Source of the DNA: an uncultured Veillonellaceae bacterium
Lineage (GTDB): Bacteria > Bacillota > Negativicutes > JARBTT01
DNA: 64,000 nt
Assembly (NCBI GenBank): GCA_963805085.1
Contig: CAWDTA010000003.1
Coordinates: 96,001 to 160,000, forward strand
Direction of reading: 5' to 3'
Within the stretch, counting starts at the first letter, position 1. Each line of letters opens with the position of its first letter. A model generated the notes under the pieces. The model did not search any database, was not told where the DNA came from, and worked only from the letters and a program-made list of their open reading frames with translations. Both the position numbers and the translations under genes were made by a program. Positions 28,605 through 38,135 of this stretch are shown here, one piece after another.

Positions 28605-30074
28605 ATGAAAAAAATTAATGAAATCTATAGTAGATCTGAAAAACCAATTAAAATCATTCAGTTTGGTGAAGGAAATTTTTTAAGAGGGTTCATAGACTAT
28701 GCAGTTGATGTTGCCAATGAAAAAGGTACTTTCCATGGTGATGTCGCAATTGTAAAACCTAGGCAGGGAAATTTAGAAAAGTTTCATTGCCAAGATAATC
28801 TCTATACTGTTTCCTTACGCGGCATAAAAGATGGTAGCATTTATGAAGAAAATCGCGTGATAACTTGTCTGCAAAAAGCTTTAGCAGCATATGAACAGTA
28901 TGACGAATTTATAGCATTAGCCCGTCTGCCAGAGTTAGAATTTGTTGTTTCTAATACGACAGAGGCGGGGATTGTCTATGATGAAACAGATGTACTTACT
29001 TTACAACCGCCCAACACTTATCCTGGTAAATTGACGAAGTTTTTATATGAAAGATTTGTAGCGTTTCAAGGCGCTCCGACTAAAGGATTGACGATGTTAC
29101 CAATAGAACTCATCGAAGCAAATGGCGAAAAGTTACAACAGTGTATATTGAACTATAGTTCCTTGTGGAAACTTGACGATGCTTTTAAAGCTTGGATTTT
29201 AGAGCATAATATTTTTTGCAATTCATTGGTAGACCGGATTGTTACTGGCTATCCAAAAGGCGAGGCAAAAGATTTGGAAGAAAAACTGGGATATCAAGAT
29301 GATTTGCTAACCGCTGGTGAGCCTTTTGGTTTATGGGTCATTGAATCAAAAGTGGATATTTCAAAACGGTTACCACTTTCCACAGATACACTTTCAGTTG
29401 TATTTACACAGGATTTGAAACCTTATCGTGATCGTAAGGTTCGCATATTAAATGGTGCGCATACTTCTATGGTATTGGCAGCTTATTTAGCAGGAAAAGA
29501 CTATGTACTGGAATGTATGAAAGATCCAGTCATTAGAAAATATATGGAACAAATCGTACTCAATGAAATTGTACCAACAGTGAAACTTCCGCATGAAGAA
29601 GCTGTCGCTTTTGCGAAATCTGTATTTGAACGGTTTGAAAATCCATTTGTGAAACATGCGCTACTTTCTATTTCCTTAAATTCAGTATCTAAGTGGAAGG
29701 CAAGGGTTTTGCCGATCTTACGAGATAGTTATCACAATGAAAAAGTAATCCCAAAATTAATCGCATTTTCTTTTGCCGCACTGATCAGTTTCTATTCGGC
29801 GAAGGAATATAAAGCGGGCAGTTTAACTGGATATCGTAATGTGGAGCCATATCAAATTTCCGATGACGAAAAAGTTTTGCAATTTTTTGCAAAACATAGT
29901 GATAAATCAGCAGCTGAATTAAGCCTTCTGGTTGCAGCAAATAGTGATTTCTGGGGTGAGGATTTGACGAGCTATGTTGGATTCGTCGATATGATAGAAC
30001 TACACTTAGAAAATATTAAAAAAATTGGTATGTATCAAACCATACAAGAACTTATTGGGATAGAAAAGGTGTAA
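28605..30074 (+). CDS. uxaB: tagaturonate (altronate) reductase
   Basis: QFGEGNFLR, SNTTEAGI, VDRIV and RILNGAHT motifs. Confidence 0.95.
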   Translation: MKKINEIYSRSEKPIKIIQFGEGNFLRGFIDYAVDVANEKGTFHGDVAIVKPRQGNLEKFHCQDNLYTVSLRGIKDGSIYEENRVITCLQKALAAYEQYDEFIALARLPELEFVVSNTTEAGIVYDETDVLTLQPPNTYPGKLTKFLYERFVAFQGAPTKGLTMLPIELIEANGEKLQQCILNYSSLWKLDDAFKAWILEHNIFCNSLVDRIVTGYPKGEAKDLEEKLGYQDDLLTAGEPFGLWVIESKVDISKRLPLSTDTLSVVFTQDLKPYRDRKVRILNGAHTSMVLAAYLAGKDYVLECMKDPVIRKYMEQIVLNEIVPTVKLPHEEAVAFAKSVFERFENPFVKHALLSISLNSVSKWKARVLPILRDSYHNEKVIPKLIAFSFAALISFYSAKEYKAGSLTGYRNVEPYQISDDEKVLQFFAKHSDKSAAELSLLVAANSDFWGEDLTSYVGFVDMIELHLENIKKIGMYQTIQELIGIEKV

Positions 30075-30076
30075 CT

Positions 30077-31561
30077 ATGCAGAAACTTATAAAAATTCAT
30101 CTAAAAGATAACGTTGCCGTTGCTGTCTGTTCACTAAAAAAAGGCGATGTAGTCGAAATAAATGAAAAGAAGATTACCATAGGTACAGATGTTGCTGCTG
30201 GTCAGAAAATTGCACTAAACGATATTCATAAAATGGAATGTGTTATGAAATATGGTTTTCCGATTGGTTTGGCAAGCGGTGATATTCACGCGGGCGAATG
30301 GGTGCATATCCACAATGTAAAATCACGGCTCGGCGATTTACTTGAGTATCAATATAAACCGGATTTCGAGACCGGTAAACAAGAAAAATCGCAAGAATTT
30401 TTAGGATACAAGCGTCCCAATGGAAAAGTTGGGATTCGTAATGAGGTTTGGATTATTCCGACAGTGGGCTGTGTAAACGCCATTGCTAAATCTATCGAAG
30501 ATCAATCTAAGCAGTTTTTATCACCACAGATTGATGGAATTTTTTCCTATAGTCATCCACATGGTTGTTCACAGCTTGGTGATGATCAACTCTTTACACA
30601 AAAAATTTTAGCCGGTTTGATTGATCATCCGAATGCTGGCGCAGTATTGGTCCTTGGTCTCGGATGTGAAAATAATCAAATTGAGGATTTAAAAAAAGTG
30701 TTAGGACCGTATGACGAGAAGCGGGTAAAGTTTTTAGTCTGTCAGGAACATGAAGATGAAGTCGCTGTGGCCTTAGATATCATGAAAGAACTTTGTGAAT
30801 ACTCTGCCCAATTTCATCGTGAATTATGTCCTGTAGATCGGCTGGTAGTCGGTTTAAAATGTGGGGGGTCAGATGGTTTTTCTGGGATAACGGCAAATCC
30901 GTTGGTTGGTGAATTGTCTAATATGTTGATTGCACAAGGCGGAACATCGATTTTAACAGAAGTTCCTGAAATGTTTGGGGCAGAAACGTTGTTAATGAAT
31001 CGTTGCATCGATGAAGAGACATTTACCAAAACAGTCGGCCTTATCAACGAGTTTAAACGATATTTTATGCGCTATGGACAGAAAGTCAATGAAAATCCAT
31101 CACCTGGCAATAAAGCTGGCGGGATTACGACCTTGGAAGATAAATCATTGGGTTGTGTGCAAAAAGGTGGTACAGCACCAGTTATTGACGTGCTTTCCTA
31201 TGGTGATCGCGTTAAAAAACGTGGCTTGAACCTTCTTACAGCACCAGGAAATGATCTCGTAGCGTCTACGGCACTCGCAGCGTCTGGCGCTAACTTGGTC
31301 CTATTTACGACTGGACGTGGAACTCCCTTTGGTTGTCCCGTACCAACCGTAAAAATAGCGAGTAATTCGCAGCTTGCAACGAGGAAGGCAAATTGGATTG
31401 ATTTTGATGCCGGTAAATTACTCAGCGGTATGGATATGAAATCAGTTTCCAATCAATTTTTTAAATTTATACTAGAGGTTTCTTCGGGAAGCCAAAAAGC
31501 GAAGTCTGAGTCGCTTGATAAACGTGACCTAGCAATATTTAAAGATGGCGTTACCTTATAA
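30077..31561 (+). CDS. uxaA: altronate dehydratase
   Basis: SAF domain; GLKCGGSD and NPSPGNKAGG motifs. Confidence 0.95.
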   Translation: MQKLIKIHLKDNVAVAVCSLKKGDVVEINEKKITIGTDVAAGQKIALNDIHKMECVMKYGFPIGLASGDIHAGEWVHIHNVKSRLGDLLEYQYKPDFETGKQEKSQEFLGYKRPNGKVGIRNEVWIIPTVGCVNAIAKSIEDQSKQFLSPQIDGIFSYSHPHGCSQLGDDQLFTQKILAGLIDHPNAGAVLVLGLGCENNQIEDLKKVLGPYDEKRVKFLVCQEHEDEVAVALDIMKELCEYSAQFHRELCPVDRLVVGLKCGGSDGFSGITANPLVGELSNMLIAQGGTSILTEVPEMFGAETLLMNRCIDEETFTKTVGLINEFKRYFMRYGQKVNENPSPGNKAGGITTLEDKSLGCVQKGGTAPVIDVLSYGDRVKKRGLNLLTAPGNDLVASTALAASGANLVLFTTGRGTPFGCPVPTVKIASNSQLATRKANWIDFDAGKLLSGMDMKSVSNQFFKFILEVSSGSQKAKSESLDKRDLAIFKDGVTL

Positions 31562-31612
31562 TTTTTTAATAAAATGCATGGTTTTTAACTTAAAAGCGAA
31601 AGGGTGTTACCA

Positions 31613-33025
31613 ATGAAAACATTTATGGATGAAGATTTCTTATTATCGAATGAAACAGCAAAAACTCTGTTTCATAAGTATGCAAAGCAAATGCCGATTA
31701 TTGACTATCATTGTCATATTAATCCAGAACAGATTGCCAAAAATCATAAATTTGCTAGCATTACCGAAGCGTGGCTTGGTGGCGATCATTATAAATGGCG
31801 GATGATTCGTTCCAATGGCGTAGCAGAAAAATATATTACAGGCGAAGAAAGCTCCGATCGGGAGAAATTCCAGAAGTTTGCGGAAACAATGCCAAAGGCG
31901 ATTGGCAATCCACTTTATCATTGGACGCATTTAGAATTGAAACGTTATTTTGATTGTAATTTGACTCTTTCAGAAGATACAGCAGAAGAAATTTGGCAAC
32001 TATGTAATAAAAAATTAGCCGAAAGTGAGCTATCGGTATGTGGGATCATTAATAATTCCAATGTAGACGTCATTGGGACAACAGATGATCCAGCGGATGA
32101 TTTAAAGTGGCACAAGAAAATTAAAGCCGAAAGTTCTTGCAAGGCGAAAGTAATTCCATCTTTCCGTCCAGACAAAGCAATGCGAATTGAAAAAAAGGAA
32201 TTTAAAGAGTATATCAGTAAACTTGCTGCTGTAAGTGGCGTGAAGATTACTTCAGTAGATACTTTATTTCAAGCATTAGCAAGTCGGATTGATTACTTTA
32301 ATGAACTTGGTTGCCGCGCTTCTGATCATGCATTAGAATATGTATTTTACCGTGATAGTAGTAAAGAAGAACTTGAACAAATTTTCCAAGATGCATTAAA
32401 GGATAAGGTACTTTCTAGCGAAGCTGTGGAAGCTTATAAAACGGCATTGCTTGTATTTGTAGGAAAACAATACAAAAAATACAATTGGGTAATGCAACTT
32501 CACTATAGTGCATTACGTGATGGTAATACGAATGAATATCTTGCACAGGGCCCAGATACTGGGTTTGACAGTATCGCATCGTATAACTGTGGTGAAGGAA
32601 TCGTACGCTTTTTGGACGCACTCAACAAAACTGGCGAATTACCTAAGACCGTGCTTTATTCTTTGAATCCTAATGATAATGCAATGCTAGGTAGTATTTT
32701 AGGGGATTTCCAAGGACCAGAAGTTACTGGGAAAATCCAACATGGTAGTGCTTGGTGGTTTAATGACACCAAAAAAGGGATGGAAGAGCAACTTACGAGT
32801 CTAGCAAATCTGTCAGTATTAGGAAATTTTATTGGCATGTTGACAGATTCACGGAGTTTTCTTTCTTATACACGTCATGAATATTTCAGAAGAATTTTAT
32901 GTAATTTGATTGGTACTTGGGTAGAGAATGGTGAGTATCCAAATGATATCGAACAACTAGGAAAGATAGTACAAGATATTTCCTACTATAATGCTTTGAA
33001 ATATTTTAATCTTGACGAACAATAA
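31613..33025 (+). CDS. uxaC: uronate (glucuronate/galacturonate) isomerase
   Basis: DYHCH, DHYKWR, WWFND and DSRSFLSYTRHEYFRR motifs. Confidence 0.96.
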   Translation: MKTFMDEDFLLSNETAKTLFHKYAKQMPIIDYHCHINPEQIAKNHKFASITEAWLGGDHYKWRMIRSNGVAEKYITGEESSDREKFQKFAETMPKAIGNPLYHWTHLELKRYFDCNLTLSEDTAEEIWQLCNKKLAESELSVCGIINNSNVDVIGTTDDPADDLKWHKKIKAESSCKAKVIPSFRPDKAMRIEKKEFKEYISKLAAVSGVKITSVDTLFQALASRIDYFNELGCRASDHALEYVFYRDSSKEELEQIFQDALKDKVLSSEAVEAYKTALLVFVGKQYKKYNWVMQLHYSALRDGNTNEYLAQGPDTGFDSIASYNCGEGIVRFLDALNKTGELPKTVLYSLNPNDNAMLGSILGDFQGPEVTGKIQHGSAWWFNDTKKGMEEQLTSLANLSVLGNFIGMLTDSRSFLSYTRHEYFRRILCNLIGTWVENGEYPNDIEQLGKIVQDISYYNALKYFNLDEQ

Positions 33026-33073
33026 ACGTAAAGCAATTTCTAAACTATTTTAAGAATAGTGAGGTAAATAAAC

Positions 33074-34390
33074 ATGGTTTTTGAACAACGAGTTAGCCAA
33101 ATTTTAGATCGTATTGTTTCCCTTACATTTCCAAATCACCAGTTTTTATTAACGGATTATGGTGCCATAGGTGATGGGCTAACAGATTGTACAGCCGCCT
33201 TTAGGAAAGCGATGGATATGGCCAATCGATTTGGCGGTGGCCGTATCCTCGTTCCGGAGGGAACCTATTTGACAGGCCCAATTCATTTTAAAAGCAATAT
33301 CAATTTGCACATCGACAAGAATGCTATTATTAAGTTCAGTCAAGACTTGACGAAATATTTGCCAATGGTACTCAATCGTTTTGAGGGGGTGGAGCTGTAT
33401 AACTATTCTCCACTGATTTATTCTTATAATGAGGTGAATCTTGCGATTACTGGAGAAGGAACATTAGACGGCAACGGTGATAACCAACATTGGTGGCCTT
33501 GGAAAGGTAAAACAGAATTTGGTTGGCAAGCAGGTGAGCCCGAGCAAGCCTCTGATCGTGAACTGCTATTTGCGATGGCTGAAGAAAATATACCAGTGGC
33601 TGATAGAAAGTTTGGAACAGGGCATTATCTTCGCCCGAGTCTTATCCAGTTTTATCAAAGTAAGAATATTTTGATCGAAGGGATAACGGTGAAAAATTCG
33701 CCAATGTGGCAAATTGCCCCTGTACTTTGTGAAAATATTAAAATTGATCATGTAACGATCATCGGTCATGGTCCCAATACTGATGGCTTTGATCCTGATT
33801 CTTGTAACAATGTATTAATTGAACATTGTTATTTTGATAATGGGGATGATTGTATTGCGATTAAATCCGGCAGAAATGCTGATGGCAGGCGTATTAATAC
33901 ACCCTGTAAAAATATTGTCATTCGTAATAATTATATGAAAGATGGTCATGGTGGGATTACGATTGGCAGCGAAATTTCGGGTAGTGTTTATAATGTTTTC
34001 GCGGATCATAATGTGATGGACAGTCCAAATTTAGATCGGGCTCTACGATTTAAAACCAACTCAGTACGTGGTGGCGTCGTTGAAAATATTTTCTTTAGAA
34101 ATACGATTGTAAAGAGTATTGGAAAAGAAATCTTGATTATCGATATGGATTATGAAGAAGGTGATACTGGTGATTTTACACCGGTTGTTCGCAATATTGT
34201 TGTAGAAAATCTTGAAAGTTATGGTGGCGAAACAGGCTTTTTATTAAGTGCTTATGATCGTACGCCAATTACAAATATAAAATTGATTAATTGCACATTA
34301 CATGATGTTGAAACGCCGTGTATCTTAAAAAATGTAGAAAATTTGGTTTGCGAAAATGTCAATATTAATGGAAAAACATTTACTGCATAG
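33074..34390 (+). CDS. GH28 polygalacturonase, no signal peptide
   Basis: NTDG, GDDCIAIKSG, GHGG and GSE motifs. Confidence 0.93.
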   Translation: MVFEQRVSQILDRIVSLTFPNHQFLLTDYGAIGDGLTDCTAAFRKAMDMANRFGGGRILVPEGTYLTGPIHFKSNINLHIDKNAIIKFSQDLTKYLPMVLNRFEGVELYNYSPLIYSYNEVNLAITGEGTLDGNGDNQHWWPWKGKTEFGWQAGEPEQASDRELLFAMAEENIPVADRKFGTGHYLRPSLIQFYQSKNILIEGITVKNSPMWQIAPVLCENIKIDHVTIIGHGPNTDGFDPDSCNNVLIEHCYFDNGDDCIAIKSGRNADGRRINTPCKNIVIRNNYMKDGHGGITIGSEISGSVYNVFADHNVMDSPNLDRALRFKTNSVRGGVVENIFFRNTIVKSIGKEILIIDMDYEEGDTGDFTPVVRNIVVENLESYGGETGFLLSAYDRTPITNIKLINCTLHDVETPCILKNVENLVCENVNINGKTFTA

Positions 34391-34487
34391 GTAAACTATA
34401 AATTTCCTTTAAATAATTTAAATATTCTAAAAAGACAAAATACTTAAATTGTTGACCAGACAAAAAAATGTAAAGCAGGTAATACAT

Positions 34488-35129
34488 ATGAATGAGTTCC
34501 AAGAGTGGAAGAATGTATGCAAAGCGAAGCAAATTGTTGAAGTTTTAAACCAAAGACATTTTAAAGCAAGCTATGTGGCTACGAGGAAAGAGGCTAAAGA
34601 AAAGCTGATTGGAATGCTAGAAGAGGGGGCAAGTGTTGCGATCGGTGGATCAACTACGTTAAGTGATATGGGGATGGTCGAGGTTTTACGCAATGGAAAT
34701 TACAAGTTTTTTGATCGCTATCAGAGGCTTCCGTTTGATCCTGATATCGTAGACATTCATCGTCAATCGCTTACAGCGGATTACTTGATCACCGGAACTA
34801 ACGCGATTACGAAACAGGGTGAATTGGTCAATACCGATTGCACAGGAAACCGTGTGGCGCCGATGATTTTTGGTCCGAAAAATGTCATCATTGTCGCAGG
34901 GGTGAACAAGATTGTCGATACCTTGGATGATGCGTTTAAACGAATTAGAGAAATCGCACCGATGAATTCAAAGCGCATCAAACATGAAACGCCTTGCGTG
35001 GAAACTGGATTTTGTGTCGACTGTGATTGTAAAAAACGAATTTGTAATTTTACAACGATTATTCATAATGGTATCAAATTTGAAGGAAGAATCAAAATTA
35101 TTATTGTAGCTGAAGAGCTAGGATATTGA
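34488..35129 (+). CDS. LUD-domain (lactate utilization-like) protein
   Basis: GGSTTL, NAIT..GELVN.D.TGNRV and C-terminal PC..TG.C.DC.....RIC motifs. Confidence 0.85.
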   Translation: MNEFQEWKNVCKAKQIVEVLNQRHFKASYVATRKEAKEKLIGMLEEGASVAIGGSTTLSDMGMVEVLRNGNYKFFDRYQRLPFDPDIVDIHRQSLTADYLITGTNAITKQGELVNTDCTGNRVAPMIFGPKNVIIVAGVNKIVDTLDDAFKRIREIAPMNSKRIKHETPCVETGFCVDCDCKKRICNFTTIIHNGIKFEGRIKIIIVAEELGY

Positions 35130-35154
35130 TTAAATTTTAAATAAGAGGTGGATT

Positions 35155-36236
35155 ATGACTAGTTATGCTAAATGGATGACGGATTCGGTCATCGACAGAA
35201 AAACAAATTTAACAGATCACTGGGGCTATGAGTATGGTTTAACTTTAGATGGAATTGCGAAAGTTTGGCAGCAAACAGGTGCGAAAGAGTATTTTGAGTA
35301 TGTTGTAAAAACAATGGATAATTTTATCGGTGAAGATGGTAGTATCAAAGGCTATGCACTCGAAGAATACAATATTGATCATCTCAATAACGGTAAAATA
35401 TTGCTGACTTTATACAAAGCAACAGGCAGAGAAAAGTATAAAAAAGCGCTAGATCATCTGCGTAAACAAATTGAATCGCATCCACGTACAAGTGAAGGGG
35501 TTTTTTGGCATAAAGATATTTATCCAAATCAAATTTGGCTTGATGGCCTGTATATGGGCGCAACTTTTTATGCGCAATATGTAAAAGAATTTGGTGATGC
35601 AGTAGAATTTGATGATATCGCTAGACAATTTGTGATTTGCGAAAAACATCTCAAAGATGCTGCAACAGGTCTTTTATATCATGCTTGGGATGAAAAGAAA
35701 GAGCAAAATTGGGCAGATAAAGCAACCGGTTTATCACCACATTTTTGGGGTAGATCTATGGGATGGTATGTAATGGCACTTGTTGATACCTTGGAAGTTT
35801 TCCCAGAAGATAATGCGCATCACCATGCATTGGTGGAAATCTTAAATCGTACAATAGCAGCTTTACTTAAAGTACAAGATACAGAAAGTCATGTATGGTA
35901 TCAAATACTAGATCAAGGGACGAGAAAAGGTAATTATTTAGAATCATCAGGGTCATCCATGATTGTATATGCTTTATTAAAAGGTGTCAGAAAAGGATAT
36001 CTACCAGACACTTTAAAAGAAACAGCTAAAGAGGCGTATCAAGGGTTGGTGGCAGAATTTATTTTAGAAACAAAAGAGCATCTTATCAATTTAAACAAAG
36101 TTTGTTATGTAGCAGGATTGGGGGGGAAGATAACCGCGATGGAACATTCGCTTATTATATCAGTGAACCAATTGTTAGTAACGAACCAAAAGGTTTGGGA
36201 CCATTCATCCTCGCGTCTGTAGAAAATGAATTTTGA
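35155..36236 (+). pseudogene. GH105 unsaturated rhamnogalacturonyl hydrolase (YteR-like), frameshifted at a G7 run near the C-terminus
   Basis: WLDGLYM and WGRSMGW motifs. The conserved tail DNRDGTFAYYISEPIVSNEPKGLGPFILA lies in another frame from 36129 to TGA 36236. Confidence 0.85.
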
Positions 36237-36265
36237 TCATTAAAAATTATGAGGAGGCCTCTATT

Positions 36266-37780
36266 GTGGCTAGAAAAGTAACGCTTAAAAATATTATTGG
36301 TTATGCTTCCGTAAACTTTTTAGGGCAGGGTTCTCAACTTTTGATATCTGCTTGGCTCATGTATTTCTATACGACAATGTGTAATTTAAATGCAATTGAG
36401 GCAAGTTTGATTTTTACAATGGCGCGGCTTCTAGATGCGATTGGTAATCCAGTGATGGGTTTTATTACTGATAACTTCTTAAAGACACGACTTGGCAGAA
36501 GATTCGGTAGAAGGAAATTCTTTATATTGATTGGGATTCCAACGATTACGATTGTCTTTCCATTGCTTTGGGTTTCAGGACAATCCTTCACCTATTATTT
36601 CATTATGAATTTATTATATGAAGCAATTTTCACCATGGTTATTGTCTCTAGTTCAACATTACCTGCTGAAATGACGCAAGATGCTGGTGATAAAGCGAAA
36701 TTAACTGGGGCAAAGCAATATTGCGGTACGATTGCTAGCACAATTGCTGCTTTTATTCCAGGTCGTTTATTTATGATGTATGGAAAAGATTCTCCCGATG
36801 CATTTCTTTATACAGGTGCTATTTACGCAGTCATGATGGGGATTTCTTTAGTAGTTGTTTACGTATTCACCTTCGAACGGGATCAAAAAGACGTTCATTA
36901 TGAAAGTGAGATCAAGAGTGTTTGGCATATTCTACCTAGAATTTGTGCAGATGTTGTTTCTAGTATGCGTGTTCGCACGTTTAGACTTCATTGTGTACTG
37001 ATGTGTATCGGTGGTATTTTTAAAAATTTAACAACCGGTGTATTTACGTACTTTGTTATCTTTGTTTTATTGCAAGATCCAATCGTTACTTCGAATATTT
37101 CTGGTATTACAACATTCGCTTCTTCTATTGCATTGATGTTATTCATCATGTCTTGCTATAAATATGGCGGGCCTACCACCTATAAAATTTCTACAGTTAT
37201 TGTATTTATTTCTCTTTTTGGTTACTATGCATTGACAGTGAATCAGCCGGTCAATATGGTTGTCATTTTGACGATATGTGCAGTTGCTAATATGGTCGGT
37301 AGAGCTGGTATTGACTATGTACCAGTATTTCAATTGGCCTTTATGGCCGATGTTGATGAAGCAATCACTGGGCAAAGAAGAGAAGGGTTATTCACCGGGG
37401 TTAATTCGCTATTATCAAAAGTGGCAACGGCTATTGAAGCAGCAGTACTTGGTGCAGGGTTGCAAATGTTTGCCTTCCAGCCAGGTGTGACAGTACAACC
37501 AGAATCGGCAATTTTCGGGATTACTTTGATTACCGTTGGTGCTCCATTTATCCTACTTAGTATTACTTGGATTGCTTGTACTAGACTAAAATTAACAAAA
37601 GAAAGACATAAAATCTTGGTAGATGAAGTAAACCGTTTGAGAGCTGGCGGTTCGATGGAGGATGCTACTCAAGAAGCAAAAGTAGTATTTAAAGAATTGA
37701 CCGGCTGGGAATATAAAGAATGCTGGGGAAAAAGTAAAAAAATTTGTCATGAAGTAGATGAAGTTAGAATTGCTCATTAA
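36266..37780 (+). CDS. GPH/MFS sugar transporter (oligogalacturonide TogT-like)
   Basis: RFGRRK and ADVDEAITGQRREG motifs; GTG start after GAGGAGG. Confidence 0.88.
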   Translation: MARKVTLKNIIGYASVNFLGQGSQLLISAWLMYFYTTMCNLNAIEASLIFTMARLLDAIGNPVMGFITDNFLKTRLGRRFGRRKFFILIGIPTITIVFPLLWVSGQSFTYYFIMNLLYEAIFTMVIVSSSTLPAEMTQDAGDKAKLTGAKQYCGTIASTIAAFIPGRLFMMYGKDSPDAFLYTGAIYAVMMGISLVVVYVFTFERDQKDVHYESEIKSVWHILPRICADVVSSMRVRTFRLHCVLMCIGGIFKNLTTGVFTYFVIFVLLQDPIVTSNISGITTFASSIALMLFIMSCYKYGGPTTYKISTVIVFISLFGYYALTVNQPVNMVVILTICAVANMVGRAGIDYVPVFQLAFMADVDEAITGQRREGLFTGVNSLLSKVATAIEAAVLGAGLQMFAFQPGVTVQPESAIFGITLITVGAPFILLSITWIACTRLKLTKERHKILVDEVNRLRAGGSMEDATQEAKVVFKELTGWEYKECWGKSKKICHEVDEVRIAH

Positions 37781-37795
37781 TAAACAGTTCAATAA

Positions 37796-37824
37796 TTGCA
37801 ATTCATTAAGAAAAGTTATATAAT
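37796..37824 (+). promoter_or_regulatory. sigma-A promoter TTGCAA-N17-TATAAT
   Basis: Directly upstream of the small ORF at 37855. Confidence 0.7.
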
Positions 37825-37854
37825 ATGGACAATAGCATCCAGGGGGGTGAGTCC

Positions 37855-37980
37855 ATGGGGAAAATTTCTCCAAAGAGTAGTTATAAAAATATGATTAAGG
37901 CAAATAAGACGGATACTTTCTTTGCAAATCGTCAAGCGAATAAAGTTATCAAGTCAGCAAATAAGCCAAAGGTAAAATAA
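37855..37980 (+). CDS. unannotated 41-aa Lys-rich small protein
   Basis: MGKISPKSSYKNMIKANKTDTFFANRQANKVIKSANKPKVK*; GGGGGTGA RBS; own promoter and terminator. Confidence 0.7.
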   Translation: MGKISPKSSYKNMIKANKTDTFFANRQANKVIKSANKPKVK

Positions 37981-38017
37981 AAAAAATAATCATAAATATC
38001 AGTTCGGTATTAGCAAG

Positions 38018-38070
38018 AAAGCTGCCTATGACTAAAAAAGTGAAACTTTTTTAGTCATAGGCAGCTTTTG
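38018..38070. terminator. bidirectional terminator
   Basis: aaagctgcctatgactaaaaaag / cttttttagtcataggcagcttt. Confidence 0.8.
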
Positions 38071-38135
38071 TTTATAGTAACATAAGTATGTTTTGATTCG
38101 ATCTGCCTGTGCAAAAACTTAGGCAGATCGTTAGT

